Shown: one piece after another, positions 1 to 8,652 of the stretch
Numbering within the stretch: the first letter of the stretch is position 1
Layout of the letters: every line of letters starts with the position of its first letter
DNA from: a virus
Strand: one strand, 5' to 3'
Virus record (IMG/VR): IMGVR_UViG_3300037189_023236
DNA length: 64,000 nt
Position numbers and translations under genes: made by a program
The notes under the pieces: generated by a model
Told to the model about the DNA's origin: nothing
The model's database searches: none
What the model saw: only the letters and a program-made list of their open reading frames with translations

Positions 1-77
1 GTCTTCAGGCAGGTTAGCGTAATAGTCGCGCAACCGTGCAGCTAACAGTTGGTCGTCTTTCGACGTGGCCGCGATCG

Positions 78-500
78 TCATTTATCCTCCTTTGTTGCGG
101 CATTCACTTGTTGAATTTTTTGATTTAGATCCTGTAGCTCTGCTGTTTTAGCGTGCAGCTCTACAACTAGTTCGCCGGCCATTTTGTCGAAAGCCGTTAA
201 TTGCGCTACCATGTCTTTGTGCACGTCTACGCCAAACGCCGTAAGCTGTCCCAGCATTTGCAGCAAACCCGCTAAATACGGCGGTGTTTCATTTCGTAAA
301 CGGATTAACCCAGTCGGCACATTAGCTAGGCTTGGCGCCCACAACGGAATAAACGCAACAGCCTGCAGTTCCGGCACTTCGCGAATGAGGTTTTCAGCAA
401 ACTCGTTCGCTGCTTTGAAGACCTTTATGTCGCAGGGCAGCTCCTCTGTTTCAATCTTCGCTGCCGAGACTGTCGTTTCCGAATTCGACTGGTCTGTCAT
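78..500 (-). CDS. hypothetical protein with C-terminal coiled coil
   Basis: 140-aa ORF with heptad-like C-terminus, overlapping the end of the upstream ORF in the same-strand run. Confidence 0.6.
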   Translation of the reverse strand: MTDQSNSETTVSAAKIETEELPCDIKVFKAANEFAENLIREVPELQAVAFIPLWAPSLANVPTGLIRLRNETPPYLAGLLQMLGQLTAFGVDVHKDMVAQLTAFDKMAGELVVELHAKTAELQDLNQKIQQVNAATKEDK

Positions 501-831
501 AACGCATCCCTATTGGAAGTATGCCGTCAATAATATTTGACAGCCTTGTCGCGGCTAGTCCGTAAACGACTACGCGCGCGATTACAGATACAATACTCCC
601 AAACCAATCAGCCGACAAGAGGATTGCGTATAAGTAAATCGGAACATGGTAGCTTTTGCAAAACGGGCAATTAAGCAGTTCTGTCCACAGCCAGGTAATA
701 GACCCAGCTCGCGCGACATCGTTTTTTGCCTGGGCATACGCGCGCCATACCGCGAATATACTGCCGTTGTGCCAGACGTCAATAATCGCGCCCGTGGCCA
801 GCGTTATTGCGACAAAATCAAATGCGTTCAT
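451..831 (-). CDS. small membrane protein, DUF1360-like
   Basis: Hydrophobic segments flank ELLNCPFCKSYH, which resembles the LLxCPxCxS motif of DUF1360. Coupled to the upstream ORF by a TAATG overlap. Confidence 0.55.
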   Translation of the reverse strand: MNAFDFVAITLATGAIIDVWHNGSIFAVWRAYAQAKNDVARAGSITWLWTELLNCPFCKSYHVPIYLYAILLSADWFGSIVSVIARVVVYGLAATRLSNIIDGILPIGMRYDRPVEFGNDSLGSED

Positions 832-1019
832 TATTTGCGCCTACGTTGCCGGCGTTTTGCGGCTGTTCCCGCGCCATTAGTCAGCACAAGTCCAAAATAG
901 ATCATCCCGAGAACCGCGACAACTCCTCCGAAACCCATTGCAGGAAAGCCGGCGATTGCAGCAATAACGGCTAAACCTGCGTATCCAACAAAAGTCTCAC
1001 CACCCGAGTTAGAACTCAT
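831..1019 (-). CDS. small membrane protein
   Basis: 62 aa, two hydrophobic helices and a basic tail (KRRQRRRK). Confidence 0.55.
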   Translation of the reverse strand: MSSNSGGETFVGYAGLAVIAAIAGFPAMGFGGVVAVLGMIYFGLVLTNGAGTAAKRRQRRRK

Positions 1020-1156
1020 CGAACGACCCCGCTTTGGTTGCAGCCAAAAAAGTTTGGCTAAACTGGCTTTAGCGTGGGCACTGGGCTATCTTCAAACTAG
1101 GGACAACGGCCGTGGTGAGTTCAATTTAAAAGCTCACCACGACCTGATCCCGAGAA

Positions 1157-1339
1157 TTAACTCGTTTTATCAGAGGTGATGAGCTTGAACAGCACTACAC
1201 AAATTTGCGCTACTCCGAATAAAAATGAGAGCATGCCGTGAACAAATAAGGCAACTACCAGATTTGCTCCGTCCTCGAGCCATTGAAGATCTGCGTCGTT
1301 TTTACCGCGATAATAATTTTTTCCGCTGTAGTGACCCAT
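1157..1339 (-). CDS. small membrane protein (60 aa from ATG 1339)
   Basis: Hydrophobic C-terminal half. Its ATG abuts the terminase ATG in CATATG (1337-1342). Confidence 0.45.
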   Translation of the reverse strand: MGHYSGKNYYRGKNDADLQWLEDGANLVVALFVHGMLSFLFGVAQICVVLFKLITSDKTS

Positions 1340-3262
1340 ATGCCGTCCAATACTTTGCAGAGTGACGTTCTGCTGCGTGAACAAGCGTTAGAAATACCCG
1401 ACAAGGGCATTAACGATCTTGTTCAGGAATTGCTCAATATTGACCAGGCAGATGCGCAAGCATTCGGTGCCCGGTCAGCTGTTTTGACGGAACTCGCTAA
1501 TAAAAAGTTCTTCCCGTCGCTCGAACCGCTGCTGCCGTTGGTGCTTAATTTAAACGGCAAGCCATACACTTTAACGCAGCACTACCCGTTTGCTCCTTTA
1601 TTCCGTTTACTGATGCCCAAAAACATGGTGCTCAAAACCGGGCGCCAGGTTAGTAAATCGACATCGCTTGCGGCGCACGGTGTAGTGCTAGCGAATTGTT
1701 TGCCGTTTTTCAAAACTCTCTACGTAACGCCACTGTACGAGCAGATTCGCCGTTTCAGTAACAACTACGTGCGATCGTTCATCGACCAATCTCCGATTAA
1801 GGATCAATGGTGCGGAACAGATACAGAGAACAATGTGCTTCAACGTTCGTTCAAGAACAAAAGCATTATGTTGTTCAGTTTCGCGCTATTAGACGCTGAC
1901 CGAGTCCGCGGTATCAGTACAGACCGCGTGGTCATGGACGAGATTCAGGACATGGATCCGGATCACATTCCAATTATTCAGGAAACGATGTCCTATAGTC
2001 GTTACGCCATTTTGCACATGGCCGGGACGCCAAAAAGTCTAGACAACCCGCTCGAGGGCGCGTACAAGCGCTCGAGTGGTGCTGAGTGGTTTATTCCTTG
2101 CGAGTCGTGTCGTCACTGGAACATACCAACGCTCGATCACGATCTAGACGCTATGATCGGCGACTTCAATATTCACATTAGCGAGAAGTATCCGGGCACA
2201 GTTTGCGCGAAATGCCGAAAACCAATTAATCCGCGGCATGGGCGTTGGGTTCATCGCAAGCCGGATTTGCGCTGGCAGTTTTCCGGCTATCATGTGCCGC
2301 AAATTATCTTGCCGCTCCACTTTGCCGACCCCGAAAAGTGGAGCACGCTGCTGATGAAACGCGAGGGCTTCGGCAACATGACGCAAGCGCAGTTCTACAA
2401 CGAAGTCATGGGCGAATCCATTGACTCCGGCCAGAAATTAATCACAGAAACCGAATTACGCGACGCAGCTATTTTGCCGTGGGAGAACAAAAAAGAACCC
2501 GATCCTGAAGTAACCAATCGATTAAAACACTACAAACATCGCGTAATGGCCATCGACTGGGGCGGCGGCGGTGAAGAAGGAATTTCATTTACCGTTATTA
2601 CTATTCTTGGATTCGGCAATGACGGCACAATTGATGTTCTGTGGGGCAAACGTATTTTGCTTGGCGCGGAACATCTTGCCGAAGCTGTCGAGTGCATGAA
2701 GTGGGCGGACTATTTCAAAGTTGATTACGTCGCTCACGACTACACTGGCGCCGGTACTGTGCGCGAAACAGTTATGGTTCAAGCCGGGTTTAACCTCGAC
2801 CGCGTTATGGCCGTTAGGCTTGTACGCGCGGCTAGTCAGGACATTATGGTGTTCAAACCGGCGACTGCCCTTAATCATCGACAACATTATTCGTTGGATA
2901 AGACGCGATCGCTGCTCTACACGTGCCAAGCGATTAAACTCAAGCAGATCAAGTTCTTTAAATACGACTGGGTGTCGCAAGACAGTCCCGGCCTAATATC
3001 TGATTTTCTGGCGCTTGTAGAAAACAAAGCCGAATCGCGACTAGGCGGCGACATCTACACGATTACAAGAAACACACTCCTTAGCGATGACTTTGCGCAA
3101 GCTGTGAATTTAGGATGTGCCGCCATTTGGCACATCAATCAAGCCTGGCCCAACTTTGCCGAAATAGCCGGCCTCGGGCGCATCAGCGGACAGCAGGCTG
3201 TCGCTGAGAACCCGGAAGATTGGGCAGACGACGACATGGGCAACCGATTTTTCGGTTACTGA
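1340..3262 (+). CDS. terL: terminase large subunit (lambda GpA-like)
   Basis: Walker A-like KTGRQVSKST, Walker B VVMDEIQD, GTPK coupling motif, CxxC...CxxC Zn site, and nuclease-domain AIDWGGG. ATG 1340 is preferred over TTG 1283. Confidence 0.9.
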   Translation: MPSNTLQSDVLLREQALEIPDKGINDLVQELLNIDQADAQAFGARSAVLTELANKKFFPSLEPLLPLVLNLNGKPYTLTQHYPFAPLFRLLMPKNMVLKTGRQVSKSTSLAAHGVVLANCLPFFKTLYVTPLYEQIRRFSNNYVRSFIDQSPIKDQWCGTDTENNVLQRSFKNKSIMLFSFALLDADRVRGISTDRVVMDEIQDMDPDHIPIIQETMSYSRYAILHMAGTPKSLDNPLEGAYKRSSGAEWFIPCESCRHWNIPTLDHDLDAMIGDFNIHISEKYPGTVCAKCRKPINPRHGRWVHRKPDLRWQFSGYHVPQIILPLHFADPEKWSTLLMKREGFGNMTQAQFYNEVMGESIDSGQKLITETELRDAAILPWENKKEPDPEVTNRLKHYKHRVMAIDWGGGGEEGISFTVITILGFGNDGTIDVLWGKRILLGAEHLAEAVECMKWADYFKVDYVAHDYTGAGTVRETVMVQAGFNLDRVMAVRLVRAASQDIMVFKPATALNHRQHYSLDKTRSLLYTCQAIKLKQIKFFKYDWVSQDSPGLISDFLALVENKAESRLGGDIYTITRNTLLSDDFAQAVNLGCAAIWHINQAWPNFAEIAGLGRISGQQAVAENPEDWADDDMGNRFFGY

Positions 3263-3654
3263 TTGTTTTCGTACAGTTTTACGACGTCGTCGAACGACGC
3301 GTCGGATAGGTCTATCGGCCTTGGGCGTTTTGCAGCTTGCGGCAGTTGCACTGCTTGCGTCAGAACACGCGGCGGCGACTTATTTGGATAGAGCGTTCCG
3401 GCAGCATCTGTATACCGCGCGCGCAATATTAGCAGCGCGTCTTGGCAGTCAAAACAGAGGTTTTGGCTCAATTGTTTTGGGCGCCCGCAGCGACATTTAC
3501 GCATGGCGGCGTGCGCGTCATCTGGCTGGTCGGCGTTGCACTTTCTGCATAAGTTTTGTTTTTGCAGCTCGGCAAATAAACGCACCGCTCTTCTAAAGCG
3601 AGCCTCTTGCGACATTTTTGGTTTGTCGCTTTTTTGCTGATCGTCCATGAACAT
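3256..3654 (-). CDS. Cys-rich (Zn-finger-like) hypothetical protein
   Basis: CRKC, CRC and CFDC motifs. AGGGAGG RBS lies before ATG 3654. Confidence 0.55.
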   Translation of the reverse strand: MFMDDQQKSDKPKMSQEARFRRAVRLFAELQKQNLCRKCNADQPDDAHAAMRKCRCGRPKQLSQNLCFDCQDALLILRARYTDAAGTLYPNKSPPRVLTQAVQLPQAAKRPRPIDLSDASFDDVVKLYENNQ

Positions 3655-3685
3655 GAGAAACCTCCCTGGCGCAAACCTGCTAAAG

Positions 3686-4087
3686 TTAGTCAAGTTCTTC
3701 TCGTAGCGCATTTTCTTTAATAACACACGCGATCATACGAACATACGCTTCCGCTGCTTCTTGATTGATAAACTCAGCGCGAAATTCTGTGCCGTCGCTT
3801 TTTGGCAGCATAACTGGTTTACCTCCGCGCGTTACGTAATAAATACCAGCTTCTTCCGCAATCTGGTATTCGTCCGTAACGATTTCCAGTTCGTCAGGCG
3901 GGCAAATGCAGCTAAGCGATCGGCCGTTGTCCCAGGCAATAAGAAACTGCACTTGCTGAGCCTCGCGAAAGTGCAAATCTGTAATAAGCCGCACAGTCCC
4001 GACAGATCCCACCGGAATCGGATCGGGGTCGTCGGGCATGCGCAACAATTTCACGCGGTCGCCCACAGAAATGTCGAGACAATTCAT
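3686..4087 (-). CDS. DUF4314-domain protein
   Basis: GDRVKLLRMPDDPDPIPVGSVGTV...WDNGRSL matches the DUF4314 pattern. Confidence 0.75.
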   Translation of the reverse strand: MNCLDISVGDRVKLLRMPDDPDPIPVGSVGTVRLITDLHFREAQQVQFLIAWDNGRSLSCICPPDELEIVTDEYQIAEEAGIYYVTRGGKPVMLPKSDGTEFRAEFINQEAAEAYVRMIACVIKENALREELD

Positions 4088-4401
4088 TTCTGATTTGCCG
4101 TCAATTGTGCGGCGGCAAGAGCAGCTTCATATGTACCACGCGCTAGGATACGCGTCTTGGTAGCCTCGCGGATCTTACCGAGGTAATCCGAATACTCTGC
4201 GTCAGTATTCACGAGAGCTTCCGCGCTCGAAAAGCTGTGTGGCTTTCCGGTAAGCGGATTGTCGCCCGCCGTCATAATCCGACTAACCGCGGCCATTTTT
4301 ACGCCTATTCGATTGTCTTCGAGCGTCATTTCATTTTCCACAGCTGTTGCGTACGCGGCTGTGGCAGCGGCGATATTGGTCAGAAACTTTTCTGCAGACA
4401 C
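4084..4401 (-). CDS. hypothetical helical protein
   Basis: 105-aa ORF, GTG start with AAAGGG RBS, ATGA overlap with the next gene. Confidence 0.6.
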   Translation of the reverse strand: MSAEKFLTNIAAATAAYATAVENEMTLEDNRIGVKMAAVSRIMTAGDNPLTGKPHSFSSAEALVNTDAEYSDYLGKIREATKTRILARGTYEAALAAAQLTANQK

Positions 4402-4413
4402 GTGTAACCCTTT

Positions 4414-4689
4414 CTAGTTGACAGATGGTTTTAATCTGTCGGTGGGGAGATTGTCTTCGTCAGATTTTTCAGAAAAGCCAAGGCGCCTAAACACCTTGGC
4501 TATACGCCGGTTTGTTTCTTCTTCCGGCTCGCCGACAAGCAATTTAAACGTTTTGTTCGGCTTGTCGAGCTCAAATATGCTCATGGTCCCAGGAACAGCC
4601 CATGTTCCTTTGTTTTTCAATATGCGGACCATCTCTGTCTGCCACGTGATATCCGTCGGCGTGGGTTCCCATCGCGTGTCGGGAATCAT
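4414..4689 (-). CDS. hypothetical protein
   Basis: 91-aa ORF tightly packed in the operon. Confidence 0.6.
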   Translation of the reverse strand: MIPDTRWEPTPTDITWQTEMVRILKNKGTWAVPGTMSIFELDKPNKTFKLLVGEPEEETNRRIAKVFRRLGFSEKSDEDNLPTDRLKPSVN

Positions 4690-4692
4690 TTG

Positions 4693-4926
4693 TCAGTCCG
4701 GCAACAGCGTAAATCCGCGCGCCTCAAGCTTTTCGCGGATTTCGTTGATTGTCGTGTGGCCGCAATTCTTCAGCTTTTTGAACGCGCTGGCGGTGCAGTT
4801 TGACAGCTCGCCGATCGTTGCGCACCCGAGAGCCTCTGCAGCCTTTTTAGCCCGCGTGCCAAGATTGAGCTCAGCAATACTGGCGTTAAAGTCCGAATCG
4901 CTCGTGTTCTCTGGCGTCAAGTTCAT
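4693..4926 (-). CDS. stand-alone RNA polymerase alpha subunit C-terminal domain protein
   Basis: SIAELNLGTRA...GCATIGEL...LKNCGHTTINEIREKLEARG follows the alpha-CTD consensus (I.eL.LsvRa..cL...gI.tigdL.....knfG.ksl.EI...L). Confidence 0.85.
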   Translation of the reverse strand: MNLTPENTSDSDFNASIAELNLGTRAKKAAEALGCATIGELSNCTASAFKKLKNCGHTTINEIREKLEARGFTLLPD

Positions 4927-5128
4927 TGAGGCGTTCCTTTCTTGTTAGTTTCCGTCTTGGATATTTGTAAGCGTGGCATAGTTGGCATTTAGCTTGCCCG
5001 CAATCAGCAACGCGGCGTCCTTTTCTAAAATGCCCTTGTTCGGGCGCCCAACCAGCGGCGTCAAACAGATGAACAAACAAATTGCGCCGCTTTTTTGCTA
5101 GATTTTTTTCAGTCTGACAGCGTTTCAT
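4886..5128 (-). CDS. small basic Cys-containing phage protein
   Basis: DCGQAKCQLCH motif. ATG 5128 has GAGGCGGA upstream. Confidence 0.5.
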   Translation of the reverse strand: MKRCQTEKNLAKKRRNLFVHLFDAAGWAPEQGHFRKGRRVADCGQAKCQLCHAYKYPRRKLTRKERLNELDAREHERFGL

Positions 5129-5597
5129 CTTCCGCCTCTTCTGCCTCGTCTCTCGAGTCGCATAGGATAACGCATGTGCACCCACAACGTTCTGCAATAG
5201 TTACTACAGCTTTGTGATACACAGACACTGGCTTGCGCCGGTCAAGATATCCGGCGCTTATCAGCGCATACAAACCAAGCTGCGCCAGCCCTCGATTACG
5301 TAATTCTCCATCGGTAAAGCACTCGATGGTTTGAACTGGAATCAGGTTTCCTTTGAATTTTTCAAAGAACGGGCGTGTAGCTACCCATGAGGCAAAATAA
5401 CCGTTGTGATAAACCAGGGCCATCGTCATTGGCGGATGCGGCCCGGGTTCTTTGTTAACATGGCGCCGCAACACTTCTGGCTGCATGCTATCGTGGAGCG
5501 CCTCTTCCAGCGGCCACGATAGCCTGTTACAGATCTCGCGAACTTCTGTCGGTTTTAGATCTGAAATGTCGCGGATATAGATAGCAAAATCGCTCAT
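5109..5597 (-). CDS. GNAT-family acetyltransferase
   Basis: Motif A-like ECFTDGELRNRGLA and an AGGAG RBS. Confidence 0.6.
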   Translation of the reverse strand: MSDFAIYIRDISDLKPTEVREICNRLSWPLEEALHDSMQPEVLRRHVNKEPGPHPPMTMALVYHNGYFASWVATRPFFEKFKGNLIPVQTIECFTDGELRNRGLAQLGLYALISAGYLDRRKPVSVYHKAVVTIAERCGCTCVILCDSRDEAEEAEDETLSD

Positions 5598-5633
5598 GTT
5601 ATATGCTCCTAGGCATATCGCGATTTTACCAAA

Positions 5634-5706
5634 AGCCGAAGGTCGGACTCGAACCGACGACCTACTGATTACAAATCAGTAGCTCTACCAACTGAGCTAC
5701 TTCGGC
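5634..5706 (-). tRNA. tRNA-Thr(UGU)
   Basis: Reverse complement GCCGAAGTAGCTCAGTTGGTAGAGC-ACTGA TTTGTAA TCAGT-GGTTCGAGTCC...CTTCGGC gives a full cloverleaf with anticodon TGT. CCA is not encoded. Confidence 0.96.
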
Positions 5707-5711
5707 GAAAA

Positions 5712-6011
5712 TCAGTCATCAACTAAATCGTCTTCATCGTCGTATTCGTCGAAATACTCGGGATCGTCGTCTTCATCTTCATCTTCTTCGCTGTCTGCTT
5801 CCCAATCAAAATCGTCGGCATCTTCGTCGTCATCATCTTCGTCAACATACCAGTCCACGTTGGGGCGATACTGCGTCTCGTCATCGTCGTCAATATCGTC
5901 GTCATCGTCGGGTATTTCGTCGTCGTCGACAAACTGCCAATCTTCGTCGATAAAGTCGTCGTCGAAGTTATCGTCTTTTTTGGCCAACTTTTGTACGACA
6001 GGCTTACCCAT
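5712..6011 (-). CDS. highly acidic small protein
   Basis: 99 aa, more than half Asp/Glu with spaced aromatics, and an AAGGAG RBS. Confidence 0.7.
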   Translation of the reverse strand: MGKPVVQKLAKKDDNFDDDFIDEDWQFVDDDEIPDDDDDIDDDDETQYRPNVDWYVDEDDDDEDADDFDWEADSEEDEDEDDDPEYFDEYDDEDDLVDD

Positions 6012-6021
6012 TTACTGCTCC

Positions 6022-8652
6022 TTAGCCGGCGTGTTTTGCGGCGTTGTTGTTGTAGTCGCCCCAAAAAGCGTCACACCAATCTCTGGTTATTAACAAACCT
6101 GGCATATTGTGCACAGAATATTCGCCGCAAAATACGCCCTGTTTCGTAAAACAGTCTATCAAAGCGCTCCAGTTAGGAACAATGCCGGCGCTGAGTAAGT
6201 ATTTGTTTATCGCCTTTTTACTTAGCCACCAATGCTGTTTGTTTCTAATTAGATAATTTGGCCGCTGCCCTGCATAGCGCGGTTGCGGCAGCACGTCAAT
6301 TTTTTCGAGCGCGATAGCGTCGTTAAGCATCCGCATAAACGCTATGTGCGCTGTTTCCGGTTGCAGTATCATCTGCTGCGCGGCTGCCAAATTGAACGAA
6401 CCGCCATAGCTCATTTCAAGCCATTTATGGATATCATGCAAAACGGCGACAACCAGCGATCCGCGCGTGTTTAGCCCTAGCCGTTGCCGCAAAACACGCT
6501 GAACATACGCCGGAACAATAAACCGAATAGGGTCGCAGTTTTTTATTTCAGACAACGGGCAAACTGGCGCTACCGCAGCCCAGCCATAACTAAGCGCGCC
6601 AGGAATGCTTGCAGGCAACATGCCGACTACGGCCGCAGTATTCGGGCATTTGACGACGGCGCGCTCGAGCAATTTTCCACTTCCGCAAGCAACCGAAATA
6701 GCTGTTGGCGAGACGGCAGCTTGTAGTTCTTTGATTAGCGCGGACATGGTTTGCTGTGCCATGCCGATCTGTTTTGCCGCGCACCCCATGGTCACGCAAT
6801 ATTGCGCGGCTGCTGCGAAGTTATTCTCTGGAACGGCTACACTTACGCAATTTGCTTCCGTGATAGGCGCCAGCATGTTAGCCAGCACAGCAGCCGTAGT
6901 CGCCCACAAAAACGCATCTTCATGCGACTGCGTTAGTATGGTTGAAATTGCTGGCGGCGCTGACACCCCTGGTTCTGGAAAATCAAACGTGTTTGTATGC
7001 GGAAGCTCGGGGCAGGCCAGCGGCACAATTGTGCCGTCATTAGCCAGCGTGTAATTGCCGAAATTAAATTCGCGCGTTTTTGCGTTCCAGCCAAATGTTG
7101 TGCAGACGTGTACTATTTGCGGCGGATTTATTTTTAACGCCGTGGCTAACGCCCGCAGGCGATACCGAGAACTGTTTATGACCAGTTCGTTGTGTTCGGC
7201 CATTAGTTGCGTAACAAAATCTAAAAAACCGCCGCGGTCTATTTTCGGTGCTGGCTCGAAAAACGTTATCCGTTTGTCGTTTTTTAGCACATAGCCGGCG
7301 TAGTATTTCTTGCCAGTATCGGTATACACAATTTTGTCTATTACCGGCCGACAGTTAATAATCGGTAAGCCGCGAGCCGTGTACCAGCCGTCGTCTCGCA
7401 CAATTACATCATGCTCTTGTGAGTACGCGCTTGCCGTTTCTCTGCGCGGTACTATCCTGTTTAGCACGCGCGAGGCATCATCGGCCGCCATCGTCGTTCT
7501 CGTTTTCAAGAACTGACCTAACTTATCTCGCGCGATTGTTAGCCGCGCTGCGAACGCCTGGGCCGCTATTGGGTTCAAATTGTTGAATACTTCGGCAAGA
7601 GCGCTTTGCCACGTCGTCGCGTATTTGCAAATTTTAGCTAGCCGTTTTAGCGTGCGCGCCGGCATTGCTGCCTGCACGATGTATTCAGGCGGCGCGGGAC
7701 AAACATAGCCGCGGCAACCGGCGGCCTGCGAAATAAGCTCGGCAGTTATGTTTTCAGCGTAAAAAAATCGCTTGCTGTTCGGCAGGCTATTCCACGTAGC
7801 GCCGAGACTCGCCGCTTCTAATCCGGCGTAGCTGGCTGAAATTGGAAGTAACGGCAATCCGTGCCTTATTTGCGTCGTTTGCGCTTTTAATGCCCAGATT
7901 GGATCGTCTACAACAAAATGCGCGTTTTTGATCGTTGGGTGCGGCGGCAATAACGCGGTTTTGAGTAAATAATATCCGGCATCGGGCCGTACGCATCCCG
8001 CCGGGCTTAGCGGTAGGAACGTACGCTTAGCGTCGAACTCAAGGCTGTATTTCGCTAATAGAAACCCGGATAACCGCCCGGGCAGGTCGTAATACGGAAA
8101 TACCAGCACAGGCTCGCCGTCGCGCATATGGCGCGGGTACGCCCGGCTAACCGACGAATACACCGCGGCTAGCTGCACCTCTTCGGCTGCGCCTACAAGC
8201 CCGGTACACGGAATATCGCGCGATATTCCAAAATCGCGCAATTTATGGCCGATAGCCTCCGAACCCACCGACCAAAGCTGGTTTTCAGCCTCCGCCCAAA
8301 GTTCGTTGGCGCGCTGTAGTCGTAGTGCCTGTTTGACGCTATTGGTAACATAATCCTCGGCGCCAATGTTCCTAGCGCATAGCTTTTCTGCTACAAATCG
8401 GTCAAGCGCCGCCGCCGGGTCGATCTTCCAGATTTGCGCCGCGAATGTTATGATATTTCCGTAGGCCGAGCAGCCGTCGCAATTAAACCAGACGTCTTCT
8501 CGCGCCATGTCGTCGTAGGCGTAAAGCGCTGTTTCACCACAAAACGGACAATTTAATACTGTCGGAAAGACAAGATTGTCCGGCGCAAAACCCATAACGG
8601 ATAATGCGCTGCCGTGATTGTGGCGTCGGATAATGGAGCTAAATAACGTCAT
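6022..8652 (-). CDS. primase-like protein (CHC2-type Zn finger, DnaG-like core, DUF927-like region), probably degenerate
   Basis: CPFC...FNCDGC...GNIITF Zn finger, LVFPYYDLPGRLSGF, and FGWNAKTREF. No canonical TOPRIM EGxxD/DxD or intact Walker A was seen. Confidence 0.6.
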   Translation of the reverse strand: MTLFSSIIRRHNHGSALSVMGFAPDNLVFPTVLNCPFCGETALYAYDDMAREDVWFNCDGCSAYGNIITFAAQIWKIDPAAALDRFVAEKLCARNIGAEDYVTNSVKQALRLQRANELWAEAENQLWSVGSEAIGHKLRDFGISRDIPCTGLVGAAEEVQLAAVYSSVSRAYPRHMRDGEPVLVFPYYDLPGRLSGFLLAKYSLEFDAKRTFLPLSPAGCVRPDAGYYLLKTALLPPHPTIKNAHFVVDDPIWALKAQTTQIRHGLPLLPISASYAGLEAASLGATWNSLPNSKRFFYAENITAELISQAAGCRGYVCPAPPEYIVQAAMPARTLKRLAKICKYATTWQSALAEVFNNLNPIAAQAFAARLTIARDKLGQFLKTRTTMAADDASRVLNRIVPRRETASAYSQEHDVIVRDDGWYTARGLPIINCRPVIDKIVYTDTGKKYYAGYVLKNDKRITFFEPAPKIDRGGFLDFVTQLMAEHNELVINSSRYRLRALATALKINPPQIVHVCTTFGWNAKTREFNFGNYTLANDGTIVPLACPELPHTNTFDFPEPGVSAPPAISTILTQSHEDAFLWATTAAVLANMLAPITEANCVSVAVPENNFAAAAQYCVTMGCAAKQIGMAQQTMSALIKELQAAVSPTAISVACGSGKLLERAVVKCPNTAAVVGMLPASIPGALSYGWAAVAPVCPLSEIKNCDPIRFIVPAYVQRVLRQRLGLNTRGSLVVAVLHDIHKWLEMSYGGSFNLAAAQQMILQPETAHIAFMRMLNDAIALEKIDVLPQPRYAGQRPNYLIRNKQHWWLSKKAINKYLLSAGIVPNWSALIDCFTKQGVFCGEYSVHNMPGLLITRDWCDAFWGDYNNNAAKHAG

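Noticed and set aside
5600-5632. Third copy of the promoter-like motif (GTAAAA...AGCATATA)
   Set aside because: It is a degenerate match that overlaps the Shine-Dalgarno sequence and lies too close to the start codon.
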